Source: Candidatus Omnitrophota bacterium
Lineage (GTDB): Bacteria > Omnitrophota > Gorgyraeia > Zapsychrales > Zapsychraceae
Length of the DNA: 64,000 bases
Direction of reading: 5' to 3'
Assembly: GCA_015233115.1 (NCBI GenBank)
Contig: JADFYJ010000006.1
Location: forward strand, 65,801 to 129,800
The first letter of the stretch is position 1; each line of letters starts with the position of its first letter. The notes beneath the pieces are model-generated. The model ran no database searches and was not told the origin of the DNA. It worked only from the letters and a program-made list of their open reading frames with translations. This document shows, piece after piece, positions 18,057 to 27,047 of the stretch. The position numbers and the translations under genes are program-made.

Positions 18057-18228
18057 CGTATGTGGTATGGGGCATGTAGTATGTAGTAAAAAACGATTGT
18101 GTGAAATGAAAAGGATAGAGAATATAATCTAAATACTTAATGTTTTTTGGGGTGATTAATTTTAAATTCTTTATTTTTTTATCAGTTGATTTTACTACAT
18201 ACGACATACTACGTACTACATACTTAGG
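18057..18228. repeat. Intergenic palindromic element, GTATGTRG subfamily. Forward arm 18057-18089, core AAAAAACGATTGTGTGAAATG, reverse arm 18191-18228.
   Basis: GTATGTGG/GTATGTAG tandem units and the inverse CTACATAC units; between tRNA-Gly and the M23 peptidase gene. Confidence 0.8.
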
Positions 18229-18242
18229 ATGCGATAAATTTT

Positions 18243-18929
18243 ATGACTTTTAAAAAACTGACTTTACTGATTTTAGTCGCATCCTTAGGATTGTTGGCCG
18301 GATGCTCTACTGTTACTCCGACGGAAAATGGGGGGATGGCGAATTATCCGGAGCCGGAACGGCGCGGGGTGTATCATAAAATCCGGGGTAATGAAACGCT
18401 TTGGAATATTTCAAAAACTTATGGGGTGGCTTTAGAAGATATTATCCGGGTTAATAATATTCCAGATGTGGCGAAGCTGGAAAAAGATCAGTTGCTTTTT
18501 ATACCAGGTGCAGATACAGTAAAAGAAATTGTTCCTCAAGTATCGTCCAAAGATAAAGAGTCAGGGGATTTTTCCTGGCCGGTTAATGGAAAAGTGACAG
18601 GATATTTTGGGAACCGGCGGCAGTATTTGGCGAACAAAGGGATTGATATTCAAGTTCCCGGAGGCACCAGGGTCAGGGCCGCACGTTCTGGGAAAGTTGT
18701 TTTAGCTGGTTATTTGCCGGGTTATGGTAATTCATTGATTCTTGATCACGGCGACGGATATCGGACAGTTTACGCGAACAATGCGCAGTTGAAAGTCCGG
18801 TTGAATGATCGAGTGGCTAAAGGACAAGAAATAGCGGTGGTAGGGGGGGACAGCGGTAAAGGGTCGTATTTGCATTTTCAGATACGAAAAGGTTCGATTG
18901 AGCATAATCCGTTATTTTATTTGCCATAG
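18243..18929 (+). CDS. LysM-domain M23 family metallopeptidase lipoprotein (NlpD/EnvC-like).
   Basis: Lipobox LLAGCS, LysM (YHKIRGNETLWNISKTYGV), M23 motifs (GIDIQVPGGTRVRAARSGKV, LILDHGDGYRTVYANN). Confidence 0.8.
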   Translation: MTFKKLTLLILVASLGLLAGCSTVTPTENGGMANYPEPERRGVYHKIRGNETLWNISKTYGVALEDIIRVNNIPDVAKLEKDQLLFIPGADTVKEIVPQVSSKDKESGDFSWPVNGKVTGYFGNRRQYLANKGIDIQVPGGTRVRAARSGKVVLAGYLPGYGNSLILDHGDGYRTVYANNAQLKVRLNDRVAKGQEIAVVGGDSGKGSYLHFQIRKGSIEHNPLFYLP

Positions 18930-18952
18930 GGATTGATGCCTGCGTCCCCGAA

Positions 18953-20602
18953 GTGCAATTAGGTTTTTTTATGACTATTGATAATGACCAAAATTTTTTT
19001 GGCCGTCGAGAGGCCATAGATTTATTACGTAAAAGGATTAGCGATTGTAAAGAAGGCTGCCGGCAGAATGTCGCCCTTCTAGGCGCTCCTTTTGTAGGTA
19101 AAAGTTCACTTCTGCAATATTTATACCACAATTCCGACGACACGAGTGTAGTAACCGTCTATTTAGACTTGGAAAATAAAGATTTTTCTTATTTCTGCAT
19201 TAAATTCATCACCTGTCTTCTTTATGATTTTGGCCGGATTAAAAATATCCCTTTGCACGACGATATTTCGCTTTTGATGGAAAGCCTGAAGAAAACGATT
19301 CCGCATTCTATTGAATTGATCCGGGGTATTCAGAAAAATCTTACCGACGGAAAATGGAATGACTGTTATTTGGGTTTATTGATGCTCATTGAGGTGTTCA
19401 CCGCGGAAGCCAATAAATGTTGTGTGCTGATGATCGATGAGTTTCAAGTGATTGATAGTTTTGGTCTGCCCCACGCGTTTCAGGTTTTGGGGAAAAAGAT
19501 TATGACTCAGAAAAAATGTTTGTATATTATCGCGAGCTCTCATCCGACGCAGGCGCGCGAGATCCTGGGTGAAAAACTTTCCTTATTGTTTGGGAGTTTT
19601 GAGGAGGTGGAAATATTTCCATTAGATCCACAAGTGAGTCAGGATTTTATAGGTTTTCATTTAAAAGATTTGCGGATTAGTGAGCTTTTAAAAAGTTTTT
19701 TAGCGGATTTTTGTGGCGGGTATCCATTATATTTAAATCTGATTTGTCAGGAATTGATCAATTTAAGCGCCGTCCTCTCTCAATCTGAAGTGTACTTGCC
19801 GATTTTGACCCAGGCGGTCGAAGATACTATTTTCAACCGTTGGGGGGTCATCAGCCGGCATTTTGAGCTGATAATTAATGAGCTCTGCCATGATAAGCAC
19901 CGTCCAATGATGTCGTCGGTTTTGATGGTAATCGCCAATGGCAAAAGTAAGTTTCAGGATATTGTGGATGAAACCGGGTTTTCAAAATCGCAGGTGAATC
20001 TTAAAATCAACCGGCTTTTAGAACAGGGAGTGGTGCGCAAGAACGGTAATTATTATTATTTTCAGGATAAACTTTTTAAATATTGGGTTAAATATGTGTT
20101 TCAGCGCCGGTTAAAAGATGTGGTGGTTTTTCCTGAGAAACAACGGCTTTCATTTAACGCGGAATTTTACGCCATATTCGATAATTTTAAACTTTGCGCT
20201 CAAAAAACTTTACCGGATCGGATTGTGGATTTGTTGATGTGTTTTGATAATGAATCATTTGATCTGAATGGACGCAAGTATAAATTGCCGGTATTTTCCG
20301 AAGTTGAAATCGTGCAATTAGAGAGCAAAACCGGAGGAGTATTTGACGCGATTATGGCCAAAACTGCGGAACAGAGTTGGTTTATTATCACCAAAAAAGA
20401 ACATCTGGCGGAAAGTGATGTTTCGGAAATCCTTTTAGCTTCTCAAAAGATTCCGCGGCCGGAACGATGCGTTATTATTTCATTGGCGCATATTGAAGAT
20501 AATGTCCGTATCCGCGCCCTGCAAGAACATTTTTGGGTTTGGAATGAATGTGAACTGAATATTTTATTAGCCTTATTTGACAAACCATTGATATCGATAT
20601 GA
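18953..20602 (+). CDS. Archaeal-type ATPase (ATPase_2/Arch_ATPase-like P-loop NTPase) with a DUF234-like C-terminal domain.
   Basis: FFGRREAIDLLRKRI...VALLGAPFVGKSSLLQYL (N-terminal FxxRxxEl + Walker A), DE Walker B (VLMIDEFQ), winged-helix-like middle, DUF234-like tail. Start may be M7 (18971). Confidence 0.6.
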   Translation: MQLGFFMTIDNDQNFFGRREAIDLLRKRISDCKEGCRQNVALLGAPFVGKSSLLQYLYHNSDDTSVVTVYLDLENKDFSYFCIKFITCLLYDFGRIKNIPLHDDISLLMESLKKTIPHSIELIRGIQKNLTDGKWNDCYLGLLMLIEVFTAEANKCCVLMIDEFQVIDSFGLPHAFQVLGKKIMTQKKCLYIIASSHPTQAREILGEKLSLLFGSFEEVEIFPLDPQVSQDFIGFHLKDLRISELLKSFLADFCGGYPLYLNLICQELINLSAVLSQSEVYLPILTQAVEDTIFNRWGVISRHFELIINELCHDKHRPMMSSVLMVIANGKSKFQDIVDETGFSKSQVNLKINRLLEQGVVRKNGNYYYFQDKLFKYWVKYVFQRRLKDVVVFPEKQRLSFNAEFYAIFDNFKLCAQKTLPDRIVDLLMCFDNESFDLNGRKYKLPVFSEVEIVQLESKTGGVFDAIMAKTAEQSWFIITKKEHLAESDVSEILLASQKIPRPERCVIISLAHIEDNVRIRALQEHFWVWNECELNILLALFDKPLISI

Positions 20603-21081
20603 GAATCGGTGTTTTATCGGATACCCATTCAAAAATTTTACCTTCCGTGATGATTGAAGATTTCAAAACAGTTGATCTCATCATCCACGCGGGTGACATC
20701 TGCACTTTAGATGATTTAAAAGTCCTTCAGCCTTTGGCGAAATTAGAAGGAGTTCAGGGCAACATGGATGATGCTGGGGTCAAGAATATGTTCCCCCGGA
20801 AAAAGATATTGCGCTGCGGTAAAAAATTAATTGGCGTGTATCATGGCGAAGGCCCGTCGAAACGTGTTTTGGATTTTGTTAAAAAAGAATTCGCTGATGA
20901 CAAGGTGGATGTGGTGGTGTTTGGCCACTCTCATTGCCCGTGTCAGGAAAAAATTAATGGAGTTTTGTATTTTAACCCGGGCAGTCCGACGGATCAAGTT
21001 TGCGCGCCATATTGTTCATATGGAATATTAGATATTGAAGATGATCAGGTGACAGGGAGGATCATAAAAATTGAAGAGTGA
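20599..21081 (+). CDS. YfcE/MJ0936-family metallophosphoesterase.
   Basis: MRIGVLSDTHS, HAGDI, GNMD and GHSHCP motifs; 4-bp overlap with the ATPase gene. Confidence 0.75.
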   Translation: MRIGVLSDTHSKILPSVMIEDFKTVDLIIHAGDICTLDDLKVLQPLAKLEGVQGNMDDAGVKNMFPRKKILRCGKKLIGVYHGEGPSKRVLDFVKKEFADDKVDVVVFGHSHCPCQEKINGVLYFNPGSPTDQVCAPYCSYGILDIEDDQVTGRIIKIEE

Positions 21082-21580
21082 AAATCAAAGATTATGGGCG
21101 CCTTGGCGGGATAAATATATCACACAGGATATTAAAAATAATAAAGAATGTGTATTCTGCCGGATGCTTAAACAGAAAAAAGATAAACAAAATTTTATTG
21201 TGATGAGAGGCGAGGCATGTTTTGCGGTATTGAATTTATATCCGTATAACAACGGCCATCTTTTGATTATGCCGATCCGTCATGTGAGCGAGCTGGAAAA
21301 AATGACTCCGGCGGAAAAAAAAGAACTTTTTGGTTTAGTAGAGCGGTTTAAATTAATTCTCGATGAGGTTTTAGAGCCGGCAGGTTATAATATCGGGATC
21401 AATTTGGGGCATGTGGCCGGTGCCGGGGTTCCGGGTCATTTGCATGTTCATATTGTTCCGCGCTGGTGCGGCGATGTTAATTTTATGCCGGTGATTACCG
21501 GTACCAAAGTTATATCTCAATCATTAATAACCTTACACAAAATGCTAAGCGATGCGTACCAGAGAAGAAATAGAAAGTAA
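21071..21580 (+). CDS. HIT-superfamily nucleotide hydrolase/transferase (Ap4A phosphorylase / GalT-like branch).
   Basis: CVFC...NLYPYNNGHLLIMPIRH...VPGHLHVHIVPRW histidine-triad-like motifs; TTG start overlapping upstream gene by 11 bp. Confidence 0.6.
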   Translation: MKSENQRLWAPWRDKYITQDIKNNKECVFCRMLKQKKDKQNFIVMRGEACFAVLNLYPYNNGHLLIMPIRHVSELEKMTPAEKKELFGLVERFKLILDEVLEPAGYNIGINLGHVAGAGVPGHLHVHIVPRWCGDVNFMPVITGTKVISQSLITLHKMLSDAYQRRNRK

Positions 21581-22730
21581 TGAAAATAAAGTTTTAGCTC
21601 CTTACGCCATGCATAGCCGGGACTGCGTTGGCCGCGAATTTGCGGAACCGCTTAGCAGCAACCGGACGTGTTATCAGCGTGATCGGGATCGAATTGTGCA
21701 TTCGGAGGCGTTTAGGAAACTCGAATATAAGACGCAGGTTTTTGTTATATTCGAGGGAGATTATTACCGCACCCGTCTGACGCATACGATCGAAGTGGCG
21801 CAGATCGCGCGTACCATTGGGCGTAATCTAGGGCTTAACGAAGATTTAATCGAGGCGATCGCGTTGGCGCATGACTTGGGCCATTCACCATTTGGCCATG
21901 CCGGCGAAACCGCGCTTAACGATATCATGAAAGAAGTGGGCTTAGGCTTTGACCATAATTTCCGTAGTTTTGAAATTGTGACCCGTCTGGAAAAAAGGTA
22001 TCCTCAATTTGACGGACTTAATTTGACGGAAGACGTTCTGGTGGGAATATTGAAGCATGAGACAGATTACGATCACCACGGCCCAACCGGCCGCTTTAAA
22101 GATAAAGGCCCGACTTTGGAAGCTAAGGTCGTGGATATCGCGGATTCTTTAGCGTATTTATCGCATGATATTGACGATGGAATAACGTCAGGATGTATAA
22201 CGCCGGAAGATTTGAAAGAAAGTATTTTGTGGCAGGAGGCTTGCCGCAGTCTGCCAGTGACGGTGGGGCAGGACAATAAAGAAATGTTTAAATATCAAAT
22301 CGTGCGGGCCTTGATTGACCGCCAGGTTAGCGATTTGTTGAACGCGTCAGAAAAAAAACTTATCCAATTAAATTTTCTTTCTTCGCAAGACATAAAAGAC
22401 TATAATTTGAAATATATAGATAATCCGGTGATTAATTTTAGCGACGGGATAAAAACCCAGCGTGATTATTTACAGAAATTAGTTGAGGAAAAATTTTATT
22501 TTCATTATCGTATCTTAGGTATGACAGCGCAGGCCCAGCGGGTTATCCAGACATTGTTTGAAACGTATTTAAATAATCCTAAACAATTGCCGTATAGCAT
22601 TTACCCGCGGGATAAAAAATTCGACAAAAAAGAGAAGCACGAAATCATTTGCAATTATATTGCCTCCATGACGGATAGAATGGCGTTAAATGAGTATAGA
22701 AAAATCTTCGAGCCATATCAAAAGATATAA
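21552..22730 (+). CDS. dGTP triphosphohydrolase-like HD-domain protein.
   Basis: AHDLGHSPFGHAGE HD motif and dGTPase-family architecture; overlaps upstream gene by about 29 bp. Confidence 0.75.
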   Translation: MRTREEIESNENKVLAPYAMHSRDCVGREFAEPLSSNRTCYQRDRDRIVHSEAFRKLEYKTQVFVIFEGDYYRTRLTHTIEVAQIARTIGRNLGLNEDLIEAIALAHDLGHSPFGHAGETALNDIMKEVGLGFDHNFRSFEIVTRLEKRYPQFDGLNLTEDVLVGILKHETDYDHHGPTGRFKDKGPTLEAKVVDIADSLAYLSHDIDDGITSGCITPEDLKESILWQEACRSLPVTVGQDNKEMFKYQIVRALIDRQVSDLLNASEKKLIQLNFLSSQDIKDYNLKYIDNPVINFSDGIKTQRDYLQKLVEEKFYFHYRILGMTAQAQRVIQTLFETYLNNPKQLPYSIYPRDKKFDKKEKHEIICNYIASMTDRMALNEYRKIFEPYQKI

Positions 22731-23760
22731 ACGGTTATTGTCAGCCGTGCATATGGTTTACCGACTGGTCAATTCGACCTACAATTTGCGTGAGCTGACG
22801 CTGCGGCTGACGCGTCTGTTATGCCAATTTATTGATTCTAGCTACGCGTCCGTGCATATCTTAAATCGCGAGAACAATAAAGTTGAGCTGATCGCTGTTT
22901 TTAACAATAAAATTAATATTCTTCTTACCAAGAAAAAAGAACTGCAGCAAATAACCGCTAAAGAAAAAAAGATTTCGAAAGGGTTTGTAGTTTTTGAAGA
23001 ACATTTTATCGGTCTACCTCTGGTTGCCGACGACAATATTGGCGCTATTTTTGTTAAACGGGAAAAAAATAAACCGGCTTTTACCGAAGCGGACTGGGAA
23101 ATGCTGAAGGTCGTGGCGGAGCAATCTGTAACCGCGATCCGTAATATTCAGCTCAGCGAGCAGCAGCAAAAAATTATTTTAAGCAGTGTGAAATTTATTG
23201 GACAGCTTTTGGAGCGGCATGGACATTCCTTTGCCACGCCGCATACCCCGGCGTATTTTAAGATCGTCGAGGCTTTGGCTAAAAAATTAAATGTCGGGCA
23301 GGAAGGGCTGGATGCCTTGTTTTACGCGAGTGTGCTGCGTGACGCGGGGGCGGTGGATGTCCCTTATGAAATTTTATCCAAACGCAGTCAATTGACGCCG
23401 CAGGAATTTAAAGTTATTCAGGAACAGCCAACGAAATGCGCGGAGCTGATTCGGCCCGTCGAATTTTTAAAACCGGTTTTGCCGATTATTCTTTACCGTC
23501 ATGAAAAGTATGATGGTTCAGGTTATCCGTCGGGGTTAAAAAAAGAACAGATCCCGCTCGGAGCCAGTGTCATGGCGGTCGTGGACGCGTTTGAAGCGAT
23601 GACGACGGAACGGCCATATAAAAAGTCTTTGTCCGTCGATTCAGCTATCGCGGAATTGAAAACTCATAGCGGCACGCAATTTAATCCGGATGTGGTCAAC
23701 GCATTCATAGATTTAGCTCAACAAAAAAAAATAAAAAATTACTTGAGTTTTAGAGAGTAA
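22690..23760 (+). CDS. GAF-domain plus HD-GYP-domain protein. The HD dyad reads RD, so it is probably a degenerate c-di-GMP phosphodiesterase.
   Basis: C-terminal YRHEKYDGSGYPSGL...VDAFEAMTTERPYKK (HD-GYP core) but ASVLRDAG where (A)LLHD(I)GK is expected. Start may be 22753. Confidence 0.65.
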   Translation: MSIEKSSSHIKRYKRLLSAVHMVYRLVNSTYNLRELTLRLTRLLCQFIDSSYASVHILNRENNKVELIAVFNNKINILLTKKKELQQITAKEKKISKGFVVFEEHFIGLPLVADDNIGAIFVKREKNKPAFTEADWEMLKVVAEQSVTAIRNIQLSEQQQKIILSSVKFIGQLLERHGHSFATPHTPAYFKIVEALAKKLNVGQEGLDALFYASVLRDAGAVDVPYEILSKRSQLTPQEFKVIQEQPTKCAELIRPVEFLKPVLPIILYRHEKYDGSGYPSGLKKEQIPLGASVMAVVDAFEAMTTERPYKKSLSVDSAIAELKTHSGTQFNPDVVNAFIDLAQQKKIKNYLSFRE

Positions 23761-23790
23761 AACAAATATAATGATCTCTGGGGGGAGAAC

Positions 23791-24387
23791 ATGGGATACG
23801 AATCGCAATTCGAATTGTTTCCAGATTCGGCGAAACAGGCTAGCCAATCTGTCGAAACTCGCTATCAATTAAAAAGCTTGACAGTAACCGCGGAAAACAT
23901 TATTGTCTTATGCATTATTTTCGTGGTTACAGGTGTGATCTGTTTTTCGGTAGGAGTTGAACGCGGAAAGAACGTGGCGGTACAAGATTTTGTTTCCGGG
24001 TCTTCACCTAAGGAAACAGCTTTACCGGTGGTTCCAAAACCGATTTCCGCTAATGCTGAAAATTTAGAGCTTTTGGCTGCCAGTCGCGGCCCGGTTGATT
24101 CATCGCAGTCGAGAGTCAAGACGGATAAGCCGCAAGGGCCTATGCGGCTCGCGGAAGTGAACACGGAAAACGTTTATACGGTTCAGGTTGCTTCGTATCA
24201 ACAGGGAGGAATGGCTCAAAAAGCCGCTTCCAACTTGAAAGGCGCGACCGGCCAAGAAACTTTTGTGATGAACAAGGGTAAGCACGTGATCGTGTGCGTT
24301 GGTAAGTTCGATGGAAAACAGGCGGCTTTGCAGTTTACTTCAAAATTAAAAAAGAAATACAAAGATTGTTTAGTAAGGAGAATTTAG
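23791..24387 (+). CDS. SPOR-domain membrane protein (DedD/FtsN-like).
   Basis: Single TM helix (IIVLCIIFVVTGVICF), C-terminal SPOR-like YTVQVASYQQGGMAQKAASNLK. Confidence 0.55.
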   Translation: MGYESQFELFPDSAKQASQSVETRYQLKSLTVTAENIIVLCIIFVVTGVICFSVGVERGKNVAVQDFVSGSSPKETALPVVPKPISANAENLELLAASRGPVDSSQSRVKTDKPQGPMRLAEVNTENVYTVQVASYQQGGMAQKAASNLKGATGQETFVMNKGKHVIVCVGKFDGKQAALQFTSKLKKKYKDCLVRRI

Positions 24388-24390
24388 AAA

Positions 24391-24624
24391 ATGTCGTTAC
24401 ACCCCTCATTAAGAGTATCATTGGCAGGATCTGAGCAGCGTTCGGTTATGACCCGTATTGAACGCATCAAAGATATGATGAAAAAAGGTTCTTGGGTTGA
24501 AGGTCAGGATGTGACTGCTCTGCCTAAGACAAAAAGTATACGGGTAAAAGCTAGACGTAAAGCGGCTAAAGCTCCGGAAGAAGCAGACAAGAAAGACGAA
24601 AAGAAACCAGCGGCTAAAAAGTAG
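24391..24624 (+). CDS. Small basic hypothetical protein (Lys-rich C-terminus).
   Basis: ORF of 77 aa in an operonic position; no family recognised. Confidence 0.3.
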   Translation: MSLHPSLRVSLAGSEQRSVMTRIERIKDMMKKGSWVEGQDVTALPKTKSIRVKARRKAAKAPEEADKKDEKKPAAKK

Positions 24625-24641
24625 TTTTCTGATTTGTCTTC

Positions 24642-25472
24642 ATGAGTATGTCTTTAAAAAAAATAGTTATATTTTCTTTTTGGTGCGTTTTCGCACTCAC
24701 TTCACTCATGTCAAATGTGGTCTCTGCCGAAGAACAGTTTCCCTTCGTTGCAGAGGCCGTTTCTGACAATACCCATATTCGGGCCGGTCAAAGCTCAGAT
24801 TTCGAATCCCTCTATCAAGCCAATCATAACACTCAGTTTGTCGTGGTCGGAAAATTATACTCTTGGTACAAGGTTGAATTGCCTGCGGATGCGGTTTCAT
24901 TCATTGCGGTGAAGTATGTCCTACCTGGCGCGGATAATAAGGAAGGTCTGGTTCTGGGAGATAAGGTGAATGTCCGTGCCAAAGCGGATATTAATGGAAC
25001 AGCGGTAGGGAAAGTCGTAAAAGGGGACACAATATCTATTATAGAAAAGAAGGATGAATGGTATAAAATTCGTTCGGTTCCTAATAGCTTTGGGTGGGTC
25101 AAAATAGATTCAGTAAAGTTTGTCAACCAGGATGTGGAAAGTTTTAAACAATCCGTACAATTAGCTTTAATAAAACCAACCCAAGAGGTTATCCCTGCGT
25201 TTTGTCCTATTCCTGCTAAATCTAATTCTGCTCCGGAGCAAATTAATAAATTGAGTTTTATAGGTATCCTTGAGCCGGTGAAAGACATATCGCTGGAAAA
25301 TGTTAAATACCAGGTGACAGATAATGGCCAGGTTGCTTGTTATATTTTTGGGTTGAATGAATTACTGCCTAAATTCGCGAATTTTACAGTTAAGGTCGAA
25401 GGGACGGCAATGGAAAAATATACCGCTTCAGCTCCTGTCCTGGAATTAGATACCATCAAATTACAATTGTAA
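24642..25472 (+). CDS. Secreted bacterial SH3-domain protein.
   Basis: Signal peptide; two SH3b-like segments (YSWYKVELP and DEWYKIRSVPNSFGWV). Confidence 0.55.
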   Translation: MSMSLKKIVIFSFWCVFALTSLMSNVVSAEEQFPFVAEAVSDNTHIRAGQSSDFESLYQANHNTQFVVVGKLYSWYKVELPADAVSFIAVKYVLPGADNKEGLVLGDKVNVRAKADINGTAVGKVVKGDTISIIEKKDEWYKIRSVPNSFGWVKIDSVKFVNQDVESFKQSVQLALIKPTQEVIPAFCPIPAKSNSAPEQINKLSFIGILEPVKDISLENVKYQVTDNGQVACYIFGLNELLPKFANFTVKVEGTAMEKYTASAPVLELDTIKLQL

Positions 25473-25479
25473 TAAAAAA

Positions 25480-25695
25480 GTATGTGGTATGTGGTATGTC
25501 GTATGTGGTGAAAAAAGCGATTTGTGAAAAGTATTAATGGTGATTACTAGCAGGAAAAATTTTGGATGTTTATATTAAATAATATATTTTAGTAGATGTT
25601 TATTTTTTAGGTTTTTTTTTAATTTATTTTTTTATTGGTCATTTGCTTATCGGTTTTTGTTTTTGCTACATACGACATACCATATACCACATACG
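25480..25695. repeat. Intergenic palindromic element, GTATGTRG subfamily. Forward arm 25480-25510, core AAAAAAGCGATTTGTGAAAAG, reverse arm 25663-25695.
   Basis: Tandem GTATGTGG units and the inverse CTACATACGACATACCATATACCACATACG. Confidence 0.8.
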
Positions 25696-25710
25696 TTACC
25701 AGGATTACTT

Positions 25711-26334
25711 ATGTTATTAGAACTTTTTTCCGTCATTATTATGTTTTTTTGTTCTATGGTTATTCACGAATATGCCCATGGGTGGGTGGCGTGTCGTTTG
25801 GGTGACCCTACGGCAAAAGAAGCAGGACGGTTGACTTTGAATCCATTGAAACATATTGATCCTCTTGGCACGATTATATTACCGGGAGTGTTAATGCTTT
25901 TAAATTATTTAGGTATGAATCTTTTTGTCTTTGGTTGGGCGAAGCCTGTACCTGTGAACTTTTTTCGCCTGAACAATCCTAGACGGGATATTATTTGGGT
26001 GGGGTTAGCTGGTCCGGTAGCTAATGTCATGTTCGCGGCTGGTTTATTAGCGATACGCAAGTTTTTTCCTATGGGAATGGCGCAGGATGGATTGGGTATT
26101 TTTGTGATTATTAATTTAGGGTTCGCGGCATTTAATATGGTTCCAATTCCACCTTTAGACGGTTCCCGCGTGGTTTTGGGTTTATTGCCTAAAGCCATAG
26201 CGCTTCAGTATGCACGGCTTGAACGTTATGGAATTATTATTATAATTATCTTGTTGTATCTGGGACTCATGAATCGCATTGTGTGGCCGTTTGTCGAATT
26301 ATTAGCTAAAATTCTTAATGTGAATTTAACTTGA
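25711..26334 (+). CDS. Site-2 protease family (peptidase M50) membrane metalloprotease.
   Basis: HEYAHGWVA (HExxH) motif and multiple TM helices. Start moved to the ATG at 25711 because 25657-25710 lies within the repeat arm. Confidence 0.7.
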   Translation: MLLELFSVIIMFFCSMVIHEYAHGWVACRLGDPTAKEAGRLTLNPLKHIDPLGTIILPGVLMLLNYLGMNLFVFGWAKPVPVNFFRLNNPRRDIIWVGLAGPVANVMFAAGLLAIRKFFPMGMAQDGLGIFVIINLGFAAFNMVPIPPLDGSRVVLGLLPKAIALQYARLERYGIIIIIILLYLGLMNRIVWPFVELLAKILNVNLT

Positions 26335-26351
26335 AATTTGTTTTAAATGGA

Positions 26352-26380
26352 TTATAAATTATAATTGAAATTATAATTTA
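26352..26380. promoter_or_regulatory. AT-rich palindrome TAAATTATAATTGAAATTATAATTTA upstream of vapB, a candidate TA operator.
   Basis: Perfect inverted repeat directly upstream of the antitoxin SD (AAGGAGGG). Confidence 0.4.
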
Positions 26381-26384
26381 TACG

Positions 26385-26645
26385 GTGTATACTTTGTTTA
26401 AGGAGGGAATAGTTATGTCGCAAGTGACAATATATTTACAAGATAATTTAATTTCTAAACTGAAAAAAAGAGCTCAACTAAAAAAAGAATCGTTATCAAA
26501 ATATATTACCAGTATTTTAGAAAAAAAAGAAATTGACGAATGGCCGGAAAAATATTTATCTTTATGCGGGAGTATCAAAGAGGATAACTTTGTCCGGGCT
26601 CATCAAGGCTCTTATGAACAGGATGTTACAAGGAAAGAAATGTGA
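26385..26645 (+). CDS. VapB-like antitoxin.
   Basis: 86 aa; stop overlaps the GTG start of the PIN-domain gene (ATGTGA). Confidence 0.55.
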   Translation: MYTLFKEGIVMSQVTIYLQDNLISKLKKRAQLKKESLSKYITSILEKKEIDEWPEKYLSLCGSIKEDNFVRAHQGSYEQDVTRKEM

Positions 26646-27040
26646 TTTTTTTCCTGGATACAAATATTTGTATTGATTTTTTAAAAGGGCATAAAGATGT
26701 TATTGAACATTTAATAAAGTATTATCATCCGAGTCAAATAAAAATATCCACTATTGTCCGCGCGGAATTGATTCATGGAGCATTTAAGAGCCAAAATAGT
26801 CATAAAAATTTAGAAAAGGTTAATTCTTTTTTAGAGCCCTTTGAAGTTGTTTCTTTTGATATAAAAGCATCAAATATTTACGGCCAAATTAGAGCGGAAT
26901 TAGAAAAAAGAGGAGAGATCATTGGGCCTATGGATTTATTAATTGCGGCTACAGTAATTAGCCATGAAGGTGTTTTGATAACTGAAAACAAAAAAGAATT
27001 TTTAAGGATTGAACAGTTAAAAATTTTTACGTCAATTTAG
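26642..27040 (+). CDS. vapC: VapC PIN-domain toxin.
   Basis: FLDTNICIDFL N-terminal PIN motif with conserved acidic residues; 132 aa. Confidence 0.75.
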   Translation: MIFFLDTNICIDFLKGHKDVIEHLIKYYHPSQIKISTIVRAELIHGAFKSQNSHKNLEKVNSFLEPFEVVSFDIKASNIYGQIRAELEKRGEIIGPMDLLIAATVISHEGVLITENKKEFLRIEQLKIFTSI

Positions 27041-27047
27041 GATCATA

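Noticed and set aside
25657-25710. Long N-terminal extensions in the track for ORFs at 25657, 28221, 32704, 39899, 13840 and 46964.
   Set aside because: The extensions overlap repeat arms or lack an SD. Downstream in-frame ATGs with strong SD sequences (25711, 28296, 32779, 39947, 13864, 46982) match the expected family N-termini.
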